From Octopus vulgaris (taxonomy: Eukaryota), in contig OX597820.1 in assembly GCA_951406725.2 (NCBI GenBank), forward strand, positions 80,352,001 to 80,416,000: a stretch of DNA of 64,000 bases. The letters run 5' to 3'. Each line of letters opens with the position of its first letter. Position 1 is the stretch's first letter. A program made the translations under genes and the position numbers. Below, in pieces: positions 39,807 to 52,525 of the stretch. The notes under the pieces were generated by a model, which did no database searches, was not told the origin of the DNA, and worked only from the letters and a program-made list of their open reading frames with translations.

Positions 39807-40520
39807 TACCTAGATCCAAGGCTCCTTCATGGGAATTTCAACATCAACAACAGGTTATTTTTGTATGTATGTATGTATGTATGTATGTATGTATGTATGT
39901 ATGTATGTATGTATGTATGTATACATGTGTGTATGTACGTACGTATGTATGTATGTATGTATGTATGTATGTATGTATGTATGTATGTATGTATGTATGT
40001 ATGTATGCATGTGTGTATGTATGTACGTATGTATGTATGTATCTATGTATGTTTGTGTATGCATGTGCAGATTCGTATGTTTTACCTTTATATTCTCATG
40101 CATATAGTTGCATATCTAGACATACACTTTTATATTTAAATGACAAACTTTTGGAAAGTTTTACAGATTTTTACAGTTCCAGTGATGGATTGGATCTGTA
40201 GTCTTCGAATTAGCTTTCTCCTTTCTGATTTTGAGAAGCCTAATTTCTCAAGATTGGTATTTAGGCAGCGTGTTACATATTCCAGGTTCCCAATAATTAC
40301 ATGTATAAACCTGAATTTGTAATCTGGATAGAGTAACTGCAGACTTCTCAGTAGTTCAGCATAGGTGTTCTCTTTTTCACTGATCCTCAGCTTTCTGTTA
40401 ACATCCGCTGGGCAGTTAATTTCCACGACTCTGCACAGCTTCTCTTCTCTATCCCAATTCATTATTATCAGGCCTGTTGAGCTTACATTTTATTGAGGTC
40501 TTCACTGGTACATTCCACAT
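39805..40520 (-). mobile_element. 3' end of RLE-type non-LTR retrotransposon with (CATA)n in the 3' UTR
   Basis: WDREEKLCRVVEINCPAD...ERRKLIRRLQIQSITGTVKICKTFQKF; homologous to 18290-19035. Confidence 0.85.
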
Positions 40521-40990
40521 GTATATATGTGTGTAAAATCTATTAATGTAAAATCTATTAATGTAATGTAATTGTATACAGAATATATCTTATACAATCT
40601 TTCTGAAACCAAATAAATTCCGTGTTCCGTCTGACCGCAAGCCTTATTTCATTTTATTTTATTTATTTATTATTTTTTTTTTTCTGCTTGTTCTGTATTT
40701 CCGTCCGTTCTATAATATCATTTATTCTTCAGAAATTTACCAGTATTACTCAGTTTTTAAATCTTCAGAATCAAGTTTAAGATAGTGATTCGTGTTTATC
40801 TATCTTGAAGCGAGCATCAATTGTCTTTGTTCGCTTCAGTTATGTGCTGTTAGGCATCTCGGCTTATTTTCTATGAACTTCAAATAAATTTAATTTCCTT
40901 ATCTATACGTAATATAAAGCTTATTCTATCTGTAACATAAAATTGTACCTAGGCTGTCATATTTATGCATACAGCCTTTCTCTTCTAAGA

Positions 40991-41008
40991 TTATTATTAT
41001 TATTATTA

Positions 41009-41104
<96 letters not shown>

Positions 41105-41110
41105 TTATTT
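40991..41110. repeat. (TTA)n microsatellite
   Basis: Visible. Confidence 0.97.
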
Positions 41111-41796
41111 TCCTTATCAAATGAATGTTTATATGTATTTCGAGTTGCTCTTGTCATTGCCGTTTCTTATCCGCCAGACACACCAAGAGCAAGCAAACCT
41201 TATGAATGAAAGTATTTCAGCGGTGGCCCTTTATTCAGATCTAGTTTATCTATGTTCACCTAATCTAATATATGATTTTTTTTAATGCAAGAAGGGAGGA
41301 AGGGAGATAACTCAAGGTGATCAGTGGAATGTATTTGAGCAACTTAGGCAAATATAGGCGTACCAAATACCATGCAATATAAATTCTTGATTTATTTCAA
41401 TTATCTCTACTTGTAGAGGATGTGTCACAATTACCAAATGGCAAATAAGACCAGCTCCATATAAGAAGGGGAGATAATGTCAAGAATCAAAAATTCTCAA
41501 AAACTGACATGTCATTAGGCCACAGGCCATGCTTGTTGTCTGGAGATAGGAAGACAATGTCGGAAACGTATTTCTGGCTCAATAGCCGTCATGAACACGC
41601 CAAAAGTTTAGAGTTTGTGTTTCGTGAGGAAGAAAGGAAGGAAGGAAGGTTGATTTTGGCTGCTATTTTAGCAGGTCGAGCGACCGCTTAGAGACCTCCT
41701 GCACTATTTGTTTGTTGCTGGAATTGGTTATGGTGGTAGTGGTGGTGTTTAGTCCCAAGGTAGCCGTAATCGAATTCACCTTTGAAGGAAGACCTA

Positions 41797-42200
41797 GGCG
41801 CAGGAGTGGCTGTGTGGTAAGTAGCTTTCTAACCAACCACATGGTTCCGAGTTCAGTCCCACTGCGTGGCATCTTGGGCAAGTGTCTTCTGCTATAGCCC
41901 CGGGCCGACCAATGCCTTGTGAGTGGATTTGGTAGACGGAAACTGAAAGAAGCCTGTCGTATATATGTATATGTATGTGTGTGTGTTTGTGTGTCTGTGT
42001 TTGTCCCCCAAGCATTGCTTGACAACCGATGCTGGTGTGTTTACGTCCCCGTAACTTAGCGGTTCGGCAAAAAGAGACCGATAGAATAAGTACTGGGCTT
42101 ACAAAAAGAATAAGTCCCGGGGTCGAGTTGCTCGACTAAAGGCGGTGCTCCAGCATGGCCGCAGTCAAATGACTGAAACAACTAAAAGATTAAAAAAAAA
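41797..42200 (+). mobile_element. Major SINE, full-length, consensus-like copy
   Basis: Complete head, body and tail. Confidence 0.93.
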
Positions 42201-42352
42201 GAGTATTCCAGTTATGACCATCTCGTTTTATGTTTACAAATGCTGGCTCTTGTGCTACATTTAACAATGTTTTTTTATTCTTATGAGAATAAGAGTAGAA
42301 AGAAGAAGAGGAAGTTTAGCTGAGAACCTGCGTTCACTCTCATTTTCTGGTT

Positions 42353-42384
<32 letters not shown>

Positions 42385-42809
42385 GCTGCTGCTGCTGATG
42401 CTGTTATTATTTTGGAAATTGTTGTTGTTGCTGATGTCGTTGTTCTTCTTCTTGCTCTTGTTGCTTACTGCTGCTGCTGCTGTTGTTGCCGCTGTTGTTG
42501 CCGTTATTCTCTTCGTTATTGCTTAAGCCTTTCTCAACCGACATCAAGCTGCTATCAGACCAAAGACATTCCGATTGTGGCCATCTCGTGTGATTTCACA
42601 CACTTTTGTATCTAAGGATACATTCTCCAGTGTTACTTGTTGTTTAACATAGTAGAATATTATTTGAGGGAGATATAGCTGCTATTTCTTACAGGCTTTT
42701 ATGCCTTTACGTGTTTCAGTCATTGGACTGCGGCCATGCTGGAGTATCGTCTTGAAAGGCCCAATCGAACAAATCGAGCGCAGTACTTACTTTTTAAGCC
42801 TGGTACATA

Positions 42810-42943
<134 letters not shown>

Positions 42944-43366
42944 CGCGTTGTCTGACCGCACATGGGCTACAACAAAGAGAGAAGAGCAGAGACTGGAAAC
43001 GGCCCAAAGAGCCATGGAAAGGTCAATGCATGGCATCTCGTTGAGAGAGCACATCAGTAGCGAGATCATCAGAAAGAAGTCCGACGTGAGGGATGTCATG
43101 GCAGAGTATACACGCAGCAAGTTTAGATGGGCTGGACATGTCGCCCGGCTCACCGATAATCGGTGGACCCGCGCAGTTGTCGAGTGGCACCCGCGCGAGC
43201 GGAAACGACCACACGGAAGGCCTCTACGACGGTGGAGTTACGATTTCAGGAGGACGAGTGGGACCACGTGAATGAGAAAAGCGCAATCCAGAGAGGAGTG
43301 GACAGAGTGCTGTGACCAGCGGTGTCAAATGGACGCCCGACGGACTGGTCGGTCAAGGTGATCAAG

Positions 43367-43371
<5 letters not shown>
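42944..43371 (+). mobile_element. 5'-truncated RTE-clade LINE 3' end inserted in (TA)n
   Basis: AQRAMERSM.GISLRE..SKFRWAGHVARLTDNRWT..W.PR..KRP.GRP.RRW; ends in (CAAGGTGAT)2. Confidence 0.9.
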
Positions 43372-43407
<36 letters not shown>

Positions 43408-43408
<1 letters not shown>

Positions 43409-43790
43409 CGCAGGAGTGGCTGTGTGGCAAAGAGCTTGCTTACCATCCACATGGTTCCGGGTTCGGTTCCACTGCGTGGCACATTGGTTAAGTATCTTCT
43501 ACTATATACTCGGGCCTACCAAAGCCTTGTCAGTGGATTTGGTTGATGGAAACTGAAAGAAGCCCATCGTATATATGTATGTATGTGTGTGTATGTGTGT
43601 GTGTTTGTGTGTCTGTGTTTGTCCGTCCACCATCGCTTGACAACCGATACTGGTGTGTTTACGTCTCCGTAACTTAACGGTTCGGCAAAACAGCCCGATA
43701 GAATAAGTACTAGGCTTATGTCCATTAGTTCGACAAAGGCGGTGCTCCAGCATGGCCGCAGTCAAATGACTGAAGCAAATAAAGGAATAA
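43408..43790 (+). mobile_element. Major SINE
   Basis: Family consensus. Confidence 0.88.
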
Positions 43791-43880
43791 ATGAATATAT
43801 ATATATATGGGATGGTCACGGAAATGACTGAAGCAAATAAAGGAATAAATGAATATATATATATATGGGATGGTCACGGT
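43763..43880 (+). repeat. ~59-bp tandem duplication spanning the SINE tail and flank
   Basis: AAATGACTGAAGCAAATAAAGGAATAAATGAA(TA)nTGGGATGGTCACGG twice. Confidence 0.9.
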
Positions 43881-44329
43881 TGAAAGGGCCATGTAAAACT
43901 ATAGCATAACACCACCATCACCATCATCGTCATTATCATCATTAATTACAGTAACAACAACAACATCATCATCGTCGTTGTCATCGTTCGCTGCTGCAAC
44001 CACCATCGTTGACATTTACTTTTTAACTTAGCAGATGGACAGTCCTAATTTCGAGGCAATACTAAAATCTAACATTAATATCTTTCCCAGAATTAGCAAT
44101 TCAAATAATTCGTAATCAAAACCATATTGCAGGCATTGCCGTGGGGAAAGTGATAATCCTTTACCCTTTGCTTCAAAGGGGTAGGTTTATCTCTCGCTAT
44201 GCGACGCATACCAATCGTCACCATCACCATCTTTATCACACTCATTCTTCCTCTCCCGTCCTCTCTTCATCATCATCATCAATATCAATATCTTGACACA
44301 TTCCAAATAACCAGTAGTGCAACTAGTAG

Positions 44330-44472
44330 TTATTTTATTTGATTTATTGAATCCGAAGGGATGAAAGGCAAATTCGACATCAGCGGAATTTGAACGCAGA
44401 ACGTTAACACAGACGAAATTCCGCTAAGCATTTCGCCCGGCGTGCTAACGATTCTGCCAGCTCGCCGCCTTC
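44330..44472 (-). mobile_element. Second SINE family 5' part
   Basis: Reverse complement of GGCGGCGAGCTGGCAGAATCGTTAGCACGCCGGGCG. Confidence 0.8.
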
Positions 44473-45325
44473 AGTATAACTAAAATAATAAAAGATTACT
44501 TCACTCCAGTGAGACCAAGTCGTAACCTCAAAGAATACCGATAACTCGGCAAAGTATCCTGACGGTCAATGACTCGAAAGAGTTATCCCCCTTACATTAA
44601 TTTACTTCCAAATATTTTCATCTAAATCCTAGTAACAAAACGTAGTGTTCATACATATATACATACATATATAATTGTATGTATGTATGTATGTACACAC
44701 ACACACACACGCTAAGATAAATTGTGTGGGCAAGCCTGGTACTTGTTCTATCAGTTTCTTCTTGTGAAACCAGAAAGTTATGGGGATGTAAATAAACGAA
44801 CACCAATTGTGAGTCAGTGATGAGGGAGAAACACAAAGACACACACACACAGACTTACATATATACATACATATACATACGATTGATTTCTTTCAGTTTC
44901 TGTCTACAAAATCCACTGACAAGGATTTGGTGGGACTGAACTTAAAGTGAAAGTATCTGACATTACAATAAAGAGATGTTTTTGTTTCACTTTTAACACG
45001 TAATACTGAAATAGTGGAGAAGATATGGTATTGTTGTGGGCTCGCCCTAGGCAAGAAGTTAGAAGTTTTTTTGCCCATGACACTCCCTGGACCCTAAGTA
45101 AGGCATGTGTAAAATTTAAATGAAATTGGTTGTGTAGTTCTGAAAGTTTTAGGGAAACACACAGACAGACAGACACACACACACATTCTCAGATTTATAT
45201 ATATAGATATATACCCAGACTTATTCTTCATTTCTTTTTATTAGTGGGTAGCCACAACGAGACACACATCGGGCATTCCATTAATTTCCCAGCTCAAAGA
45301 AGCGAGCCCCGTCCTATACTCGAGT

Positions 45326-45550
45326 CGGCGAGCTGGCAGAATCCTTAGCACGTCGGGCGAAATGCTTAGCGGAATTTCGTCTGCCGTTACGTTCTGAGTT
45401 CGAATTCCGCAGAGGTCGACTTTGCCTTTCATCCTTTCGGGGGTCGATAAATTAAGTACCAGTTACGCACTGGGGTTGATATAATCGACTTAATACGTTT
45501 GTCTGTCCTTGTTTGTCCCCTCTGTGTTTAGCCCCTTGTGGATAGTAAAA
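45326..45550 (+). mobile_element. Second SINE family copy
   Basis: GGCGAGCTGGCAGAATCC..GAGTTCGAATTCC..GGGGTCGATAAA, A-rich tail. Confidence 0.85.
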
Positions 45551-46284
45551 AGAAAAAAAAATAGTTATAGAACGGAATCCCTGATATCAGCAGTGGGACC
45601 CGACAGCATATGCTGGTGAACCTCCGCCGCATCATGCTGGTTCCGTACCCGTTTGAGCAATATCAATTCACTAATCCGTCCACAAACACTCTCCAAGCTT
45701 ATATATCTACGTAGCAGAAATACAAACAGGGAAAATTTAACGATGGACAGCCTTAATCGATTTTCGAACCTTATTGGGTTCTCATTAGGAGTGTCTAAAT
45801 CACTTAAATAATGACACCCACCTATACACACGTGCGTGTTTGTCGGTGAGAAAGCGTTAAGGTAGGGACATAAACAATGAACACCGGTAAAACAGATAGC
45901 GAGCTACACATACATACATATACATGTATGTCTGTATGTATATATATTTAAGTGTGAATGTGTGTTTGTTTGTGTCTATATATGTATGAATACGTATCCG
46001 GCCCAGCATTTTGTCTTAAAACTTTAGTTCAAATTATTGCTTATGATGTAAATACTCTCGACTGTAGAAAAAGGGAGTTACCTCCCTTTGTTACTAATAA
46101 ACTTTTTTTTTTAATAATTTAACGTGCTTGCCTGAACGAAAGATTATAATGTGATAGAGAGAACAAAACCGAAAAGCTCAGAATATAAATAAAATTATGA
46201 ATGCGATTAAGTAATCATTATTGTATAATTTTTTCAAAAATGATATTTATTAGGCCGTAAGAGGAAAGAGGATAGAAAATACAA

Positions 46285-46320
46285 TTTGATCACGTGCTCT
46301 CGCTATTAACCAATTGGAAG
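46285..46320 (+). promoter_or_regulatory. Candidate Rag promoter motifs: E-box TCACGTG, TCTCGC, CCAAT
   Basis: GATCACGTGCTCTCGCTATTAACCAATTGG ~250 bp upstream of the ATG in unique sequence. Confidence 0.4.
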
Positions 46321-46547
46321 CAGCGTAGGAGAAGCGTCCTTCTGTGAAGAATCTGCCAGGTCAGGTGACAATATTTTTTTTTTTGTTATTTATTTATTTG
46401 TGCGGAAGAAGCAAAAGAAAAGGGAAAAAAAGAACATCGAGAGGAGTGAATGGTTTCGGTCGAAGGATATTTCCCGTTACAACAACAGTGTTGGTTATTT
46501 GTGGTGGAATTATCGAGCTTATCTGATTATTCAATAACACAACCATC

Positions 46548-46559
46548 ATGAAAAAGAAG
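46548..46559 (+). CDS. RRAGA/B: Ras-related GTP-binding protein A/B (RagA/B, Gtr1 family), coding exon 1: MKKK
   Basis: ATCATG AAA AAG AAG|GTAAGT; phase-0 join to exon 2 gives the conserved [13 protein letters not shown]-terminus. Confidence 0.85.
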
Positions 46560-49379
46560 GTAAGTGCAATGTATAATAATATAAATACATATATATTGAT
46601 CAATTTGTTCCTTTCAGTTTGTTGTTGTTATAAACCTCTCTCTGGCTTTCTCTCGCTTTCCGCTATCAAGTACCATCATTATTACCAACTACTCGTATTA
46701 TTAGGGCCGCCTCAATGCACGAGACTAATGATTATTTGCGCAAGGCCCTCTCGGGTCTACGAGCCCAATTTCGATCTATATATATTCTGCGATATAAATA
46801 TTATAAGGCCTACTACCCTGGGGCCCTATTATGCCGACTTAGACGGTCCTGACTACTATACGCCTACTTTATTTACACTTTTTATCATCATATTTCCCCC
46901 TATTTTAAATATATTCTTTCAAGGAGTGTCTATATTTCCTCCCAAATTATATTCTACATTCAGGTATCTACACAAATGATAAATTAATTGCCAAAGTTCT
47001 CGAAACGTGATGAACCATTTTCTCCATGTGACACATTCTTCATTTGGCAGTTTTCTGTTTACATAGTTACAGTCTGAAGAATTTTTATTTTTATTTAGTA
47101 ATTTTTTTTTCTCTATCTATTTTGAGGAAGGGGGTTCTACTAGACTTACCAAGATATGAAAGTGAAAACTAGTACTTGACAATTATAAGAAGAAAACATG
47201 TGATTCCAGTGAGCATGACCAACCCATAGCTATTATTAGGTTCCGTGATAGAAATTGACCCTTATTATGAAACTATTTAGTTAACACCAAGATAAATATA
47301 ATCTCCAGTTGTTGACCTATTACATAACCTTATCAATTTAGTAGTTTATAAGGCAAACGAAGAATGTGTCTCGTCTTCGTATCTCTAATGTCTTGGCCAT
47401 ACATATGCTTAATATATATGAAATAAAATTGTATCAACATTCAACGCAGAGTTCGATCTCGACTCCCAAAGAGCTTAATATAACTATAATTGTCATGAAT
47501 TAAGACAAAGTAATGACCTTTTTGTTGCATTTTTTTAATTAAGTCGGCAGTTAATTAGTAACTATTAACTCGATTCTGTCGGGTGAAAGTCTAAAGTCGA
47601 TTGCAAGTGGGTTGGAACCAAGATACTTTGCTAGTGAGACATTATTTAAAACGAAAATATTCGTCCCGACATAAACCTGTTAATAATGGGCGATTTAATT
47701 AAATTCTTTAAAGTTTTTTTTCTTATTGTAATTAACTTAATAATAGATTTGGCCATGTTTGTTTTTCGTATTTATCTACTTATATAATTATGAATGATTA
47801 CACGAGGAAGCGTTTATGTGGCTCTCGACTTGCTAAAAATAGCAGTCAAATCTTTCCCAAATTATAACCTCCCATTATAAAAGAAGGAACGGCAAATTGC
47901 ATAATATACTCTTAGACAACAACGATGAAATGGTCATGGTTGGAAAGCTTCTGATGTTAGATATACTGCAAAAAGACCGGCCACTAGTTAAACACATCAT
48001 CGTCTTGGAGTGGGAAGAGATCGACTTTGTGTTAGATAGAACTAATTGCGAACATTTATTTATGTATAATCTTTCTCGGTTTGTGTGTGTGTGTTGCGCA
48101 CCATCATCATTTAACGTCCGTCTTCCGGACGTTTTAACAGGATTTAATTTGTTGGACTGCTTTGAGCTCCAGTGTCTACTTTGACATGAGTTCTACGACT
48201 GGAAATCATTCCTAGCGCCAACCACTTTACATCGTGTTCCGGATGTTTATTTTTCATGGTACCATCTCTCGTGATGATGCCGTGTAATTCTCACGACTAC
48301 AAACCCCTCTTGACTGAGTAGGGGTCTAGCAGTGAGAGAGGGAAGTGGCTTTATGCTGGGTGATGAGAGGTTGAATTATGATAGAGAGTCAGTAATAGGT
48401 TTGTTACTGTAGAGGAGATATTTCCTGCCTTATATAAAAGTGGGAGTAAATTGGAGTGGGCCTAGAAAGGGACTCAGATGGCAGTGACTATGTGTCCGGG
48501 CATATACTCAAGACACGAGAAAGTGAATAGGAGGGAGAGTGGGGACAGAAGATCAAGAAGGCTAAAGAGTGTGGGAGGAGAATGAGAGATGGTGTGTGTG
48601 TGTGTGTGGTGGGGGTCAATGGTAAATATGAGTTGGGTGATTAGGATGAAGGATGGATGTCAGTATAGGTAGCTCAGCAGAGATGAGGTGATGGGTGGCA
48701 GTACAGGAAGAGTGAAGAACAGCAGAATAGGGTAAAGGTTGCAAGAGTGAGAGAAGCATATAGTGATAGGAGTGTAGGGGTGAATATTGTGTGTGACAAA
48801 CATGGGCTTTAAGAAAAGGATTTAGAGTTGTCAATACATGACGTGATTCATCTAAGGCAGCGAGCTGGCAGAATCATTAGCACACTGGACAAAAGGCTTA
48901 GCAGCATTTCATCCTTCCTTGTGTTTTGAGTTCAAATTCTGCTGAAATCAGTAAAATAGGTGCCAGTTGAGCACTAGGGTCAATGTAACTGGCTTACCCA
49001 CTGCCCTGAAATTGCTGGCCTTGTGCCAGAATTTGAAACCAATATGATAGGATTCATTGGCGAGGGAGAGATAACTGGTTGCATAGAAAGAGTGATCAGT
49101 GGGAAATAGGTGTGGAGAGGGACCATGCTAAGAATGAGGATAACCGTCAAAAGGAAGAGCTTCCAAGGAGTGAAAGAGAGAGCGGGGGGTAACTGGTTGC
49201 ACAGAAAGAGAAATTAACTATGTAGTGCTACTCTCATTTATCTACATCAACAGAATAACTTAATAGTTAGAGTAATGGAAAGGTGAATGATAGGGAGCTG
49301 AGAGGCTCAACGGGGACAAATTGCCCAATTGTGCATATACACTTGCTTTTAAAACCTGTTTTGCCACAATAGGTGGAAT

Positions 49380-50165
49380 TTTTCGAGCATAGTATATTGC
49401 TATTCATCTCAGTCCTTTGTCAGGATTGTCCCCTTAAGCTTAACGTTCTCTACTTTGTTGCATGTCTTTCTGGATTTCCCTCTACCACATGTTCCATACA
49501 CATGTATTGCCTTGTAATCCTGAACACCTCATACCCATGATCCATCCTCGTGTTGTAGAACATTAGGAAACTTCTTACTGCTTCTCCCCTGGCTAAATAA
49601 ACTTGTCCCTAGCTTCTCTTCAAGCTACCTGGTATAATTATCTGCTGATCCTATTCTTCCAGCCTTTCCAATCCTGTCTCCTTCCTATTATAACTCTGAC
49701 TACAATCACATTGCTCTCAATCTGACTGGAACTATGCCCTGCCATAGATTTGAGGCACTTGTTCTCTTTTCTTTATGTCTATATCTCCTCCAACTTTTCT
49801 CTCAGGGTGCTTACACTCTGTCATGTATGCACACTGACATTACACATCCAGTGGAACATACTAGCTTCATTCTTTGCAAGCTTATGCATGTCCTCAGCAG
49901 TCATGGCCCATGTTTCACTACCATGTAGCATGGCTGTTTGTGTACGTGCATTATACAGTCTACCTTTTACTCTGAGCAAGAAGCCCTTTGTCACCAGCAG
50001 AGGTAGGAGGTCTCTAAACTTTGGCCAGGCTATTCTTATTCTAGCAGCTACACTCTCGGAGCTTTCATCCCCGCCACTGACTTGGTCACCTAGGTAACAG
50101 AAGCTATCAACTACTTCTAGTTTTTCCCCCTGGCATGTAACGGAAGCTGTTTTCTGCACATTTTC
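49380..50165 (-). mobile_element. RTE-clade LINE fragments
   Basis: LEVVDSFCYLGD..ARIRIAWPKFRDLLPLL..KGRLY..AMLHGSETWA. Confidence 0.85.
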
Positions 50166-50705
50166 AGTGTTTATTGCTCTGACAGTGTAAAATACCTGTA
50201 CACTGTAAATATTCCCTATAATAGAGTAAATTCAACATTTTTAATTGAAAACCAGACTTACCACAGATAGTGAAGAGGTGTTGTTGATTTTGTCCGTTGC
50301 TTCCGAATTCTGTTAAAACGAAGTCCATAGTACTGAGGTATGAGTGTATATGGTTTGGACAGAATTCATTGAGCAGATTTTCTATGGCCAGATGCCCTTC
50401 CTGACACCACCACTCATCTGTTTCCAACTAAGGTTATTTTTTCCCCACATCTAGACAGGTTTTCACAAAAGCCTGGAAATGAATGACACTGCTTGTTTAC
50501 AGCTATCACACAATGCCAAGACAAGAAGACACAAACATACATACAATGGACTTTTTTCAGTTTATATCTAGCAAATCCATTCACAAGGCTTTGGTCAGCC
50601 CTGGGGTAGAGTAGAAGACACTTGTTCGAGGTGCTGTGCAAGGGTCTGAACCCAAAATTATATGGTTGGGAAGCAACTGCACCTATTACATATATACAGA
50701 GTGGT

Positions 50706-50947
50706 CAGTTCTATATTTAAGAGATGAGGAATTATTTACATTATTTACATCTTGTTTGTTGTTAACACAACATTTCGGCTGATATACCCTCCACCCTTCA
50801 TCAGGTGTCTTGGGAAAATTTCGAACCTGCGTTCTCATTCCTAAGGTATTTTTCGATGCTATTATTATTATTCTTCGGGGACACTGCCTGGAATTGAACT
50901 CGGAATCTTGGGGATAGTAGCCTGTGCTCTTAACCACTATGCCATAC
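50706..50947 (-). mobile_element. tRNA-headed SINE carrying a hammerhead motif (50764-50809), copy A
   Basis: Minus: TGGCATAGTGG A box, GTTCAATTCC B box, then GACAC-CTGATGA-A-GGGTG..CAGCC-GAAA-TG-TT-GTGTT (two substitutions vs copy B). Confidence 0.8.
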
Positions 50948-51004
50948 ACATACATTGCCTTGTAATCCTGAGCACCTCATACCCATGATCCATCCTCATG
51001 TTGT

Positions 51005-51247
51005 AGCATATGGCATAGTGGTTAAGAGCACAGGCTACTAAACCCAAGATTCCAAGTTCAATTCCAGGTAGTGACCCTGAATAATAATAATAATAATAAT
51101 AACATCGAAAAATACTTTAGGAATGAGAACCCAGGTTCGAAATTTCCCCAAGACACCTGATGAAGGCTGGAGAGTATATCAGCCGAAACGTTGTGTTAAC
51201 AACAAACAAGATGAGGACAAATATCTGTCAAATGTAAATAATGTAAT
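51005..51247 (+). mobile_element. tRNA-headed SINE carrying a hammerhead motif, copy B (inverted relative to A)
   Basis: A box 51011-51021, B box 51056-51065, (AAT)n, hammerhead. Confidence 0.82.
51152..51197 (+). ncRNA. Minimal type I hammerhead ribozyme motif
   Basis: GACAC-CTGATGA-A-GGCTG(10 nt)CAGCC-GAAA-CG-TT-GTGTT; loopless palindromic stem III (AACGTT). Confidence 0.75.
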
Positions 51248-52105
51248 AATGTGGTCAGGTTTGCATAAAAGAAAAGAGGTCACAATATCCCGTGTGTGTG
51301 TGTGTATGTGAAAGAGAGAGAGAGATGTAAATGAACGTCATAAGCTGTCAGCTCCACTAAATTAAGTATTGTGTTGTATTTGTTCTAGATTTTGGGGATA
51401 AAAGTAAAGAAATATTTATTTGTAATAGATGAGTTGAAGATGGGATGATGGTAGGTAGTGTACAGCAGTGTCATGGCAGTAGACTCACCAGAAACAAATG
51501 GTAGGTCAACAAACAATAAATAATAAGAGACATTTATAGAAGCTGTGTTATATCTATGACTTTCAATATGTTCTACAACCAACTATTATCATTTTAGGTT
51601 CATATCTTCTCCGTTTACTTTAATGATTTTGCCATCACCTCCATCAGCAGATTATATTGCTCATCACTGTTTTCACAAACAGACATTATTCACCTGCGAC
51701 CCAAGATGCCTTATGCCAAACTTGCCCTGCTTCCATCAGCTGAAAACTCAAATGCACCATTTAATGGTGACAAGACACCTGTTCTTGTCCCTCTATCATA
51801 CTCTAACCTCTCATCACCTGGCACAAAGCCACTTTCCTCAATAATACATCCCATTCAGTCGAGATGTTTTGTCTTGTGGGTTACTTGGTGGCCTCACTAG
51901 AGACAGTGCCATATAAAAAGCAACCAGGACACTATGTAAAGTGGCTGGCATTAGGAAGGGCATCCAGCTGTAAAAGTCATGCCAAAGCAAACATTGAAAC
52001 CTGGTGCAATCCTCTGGCTCGCCAGTTCCTGTCAAACCATTTGGAATTCAGCATGGAATACAGGCATCAAATGACGATAATGATGAGGACTATAACAGCA
52101 CCAAA

Positions 52106-52525
52106 AGGAGTGGCTGTGTGGTAAGTAGCTTGCTTACCAACCACATGGTTCCGGGTTCAGTCCCACTGTGTGGCATCTTGGGCAAGTGTCTTCTGCTATA
52201 GTCCCGGGCCGACCAATGCCTTGTGAGTGGATTTGGTAGATGGAAACTGAAAGAAGCCCATCGTATATATGTATATATATATATATATATATACGTATGT
52301 GTGTGTATATGTTTGTGTGTCTGTGTTTGTCCCCCTAGCATTGCTTGACAACCGATGCTGGTGTGTTTACATCCCTGTCACTTAGCAGTTCAGCAAAAGA
52401 GACAGATAGAATAAGTACTGGGCTTACAAAAAATAAGTCCCGGGGGCGATTTGCTCGACTAAAGGCGGTGCTCCAGCATGGCTGCAGTCAAATGACTGAA
52501 ACAAGTAAAAGAGTAAAAGAGAGAG
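52106..52525 (+). mobile_element. Major SINE
   Basis: Family consensus. Confidence 0.9.

Noticed and set aside
41797-41870. SINE heads as tRNA genes
   Set aside because: Only A/B-box similarity, no proper cloverleaf, and fused to a high-copy SINE body
45565-45831. 88-aa minus ORF divergent from the Rag promoter
   Set aside because: Non-ATG start, no recognisable motif or convincing splice signals
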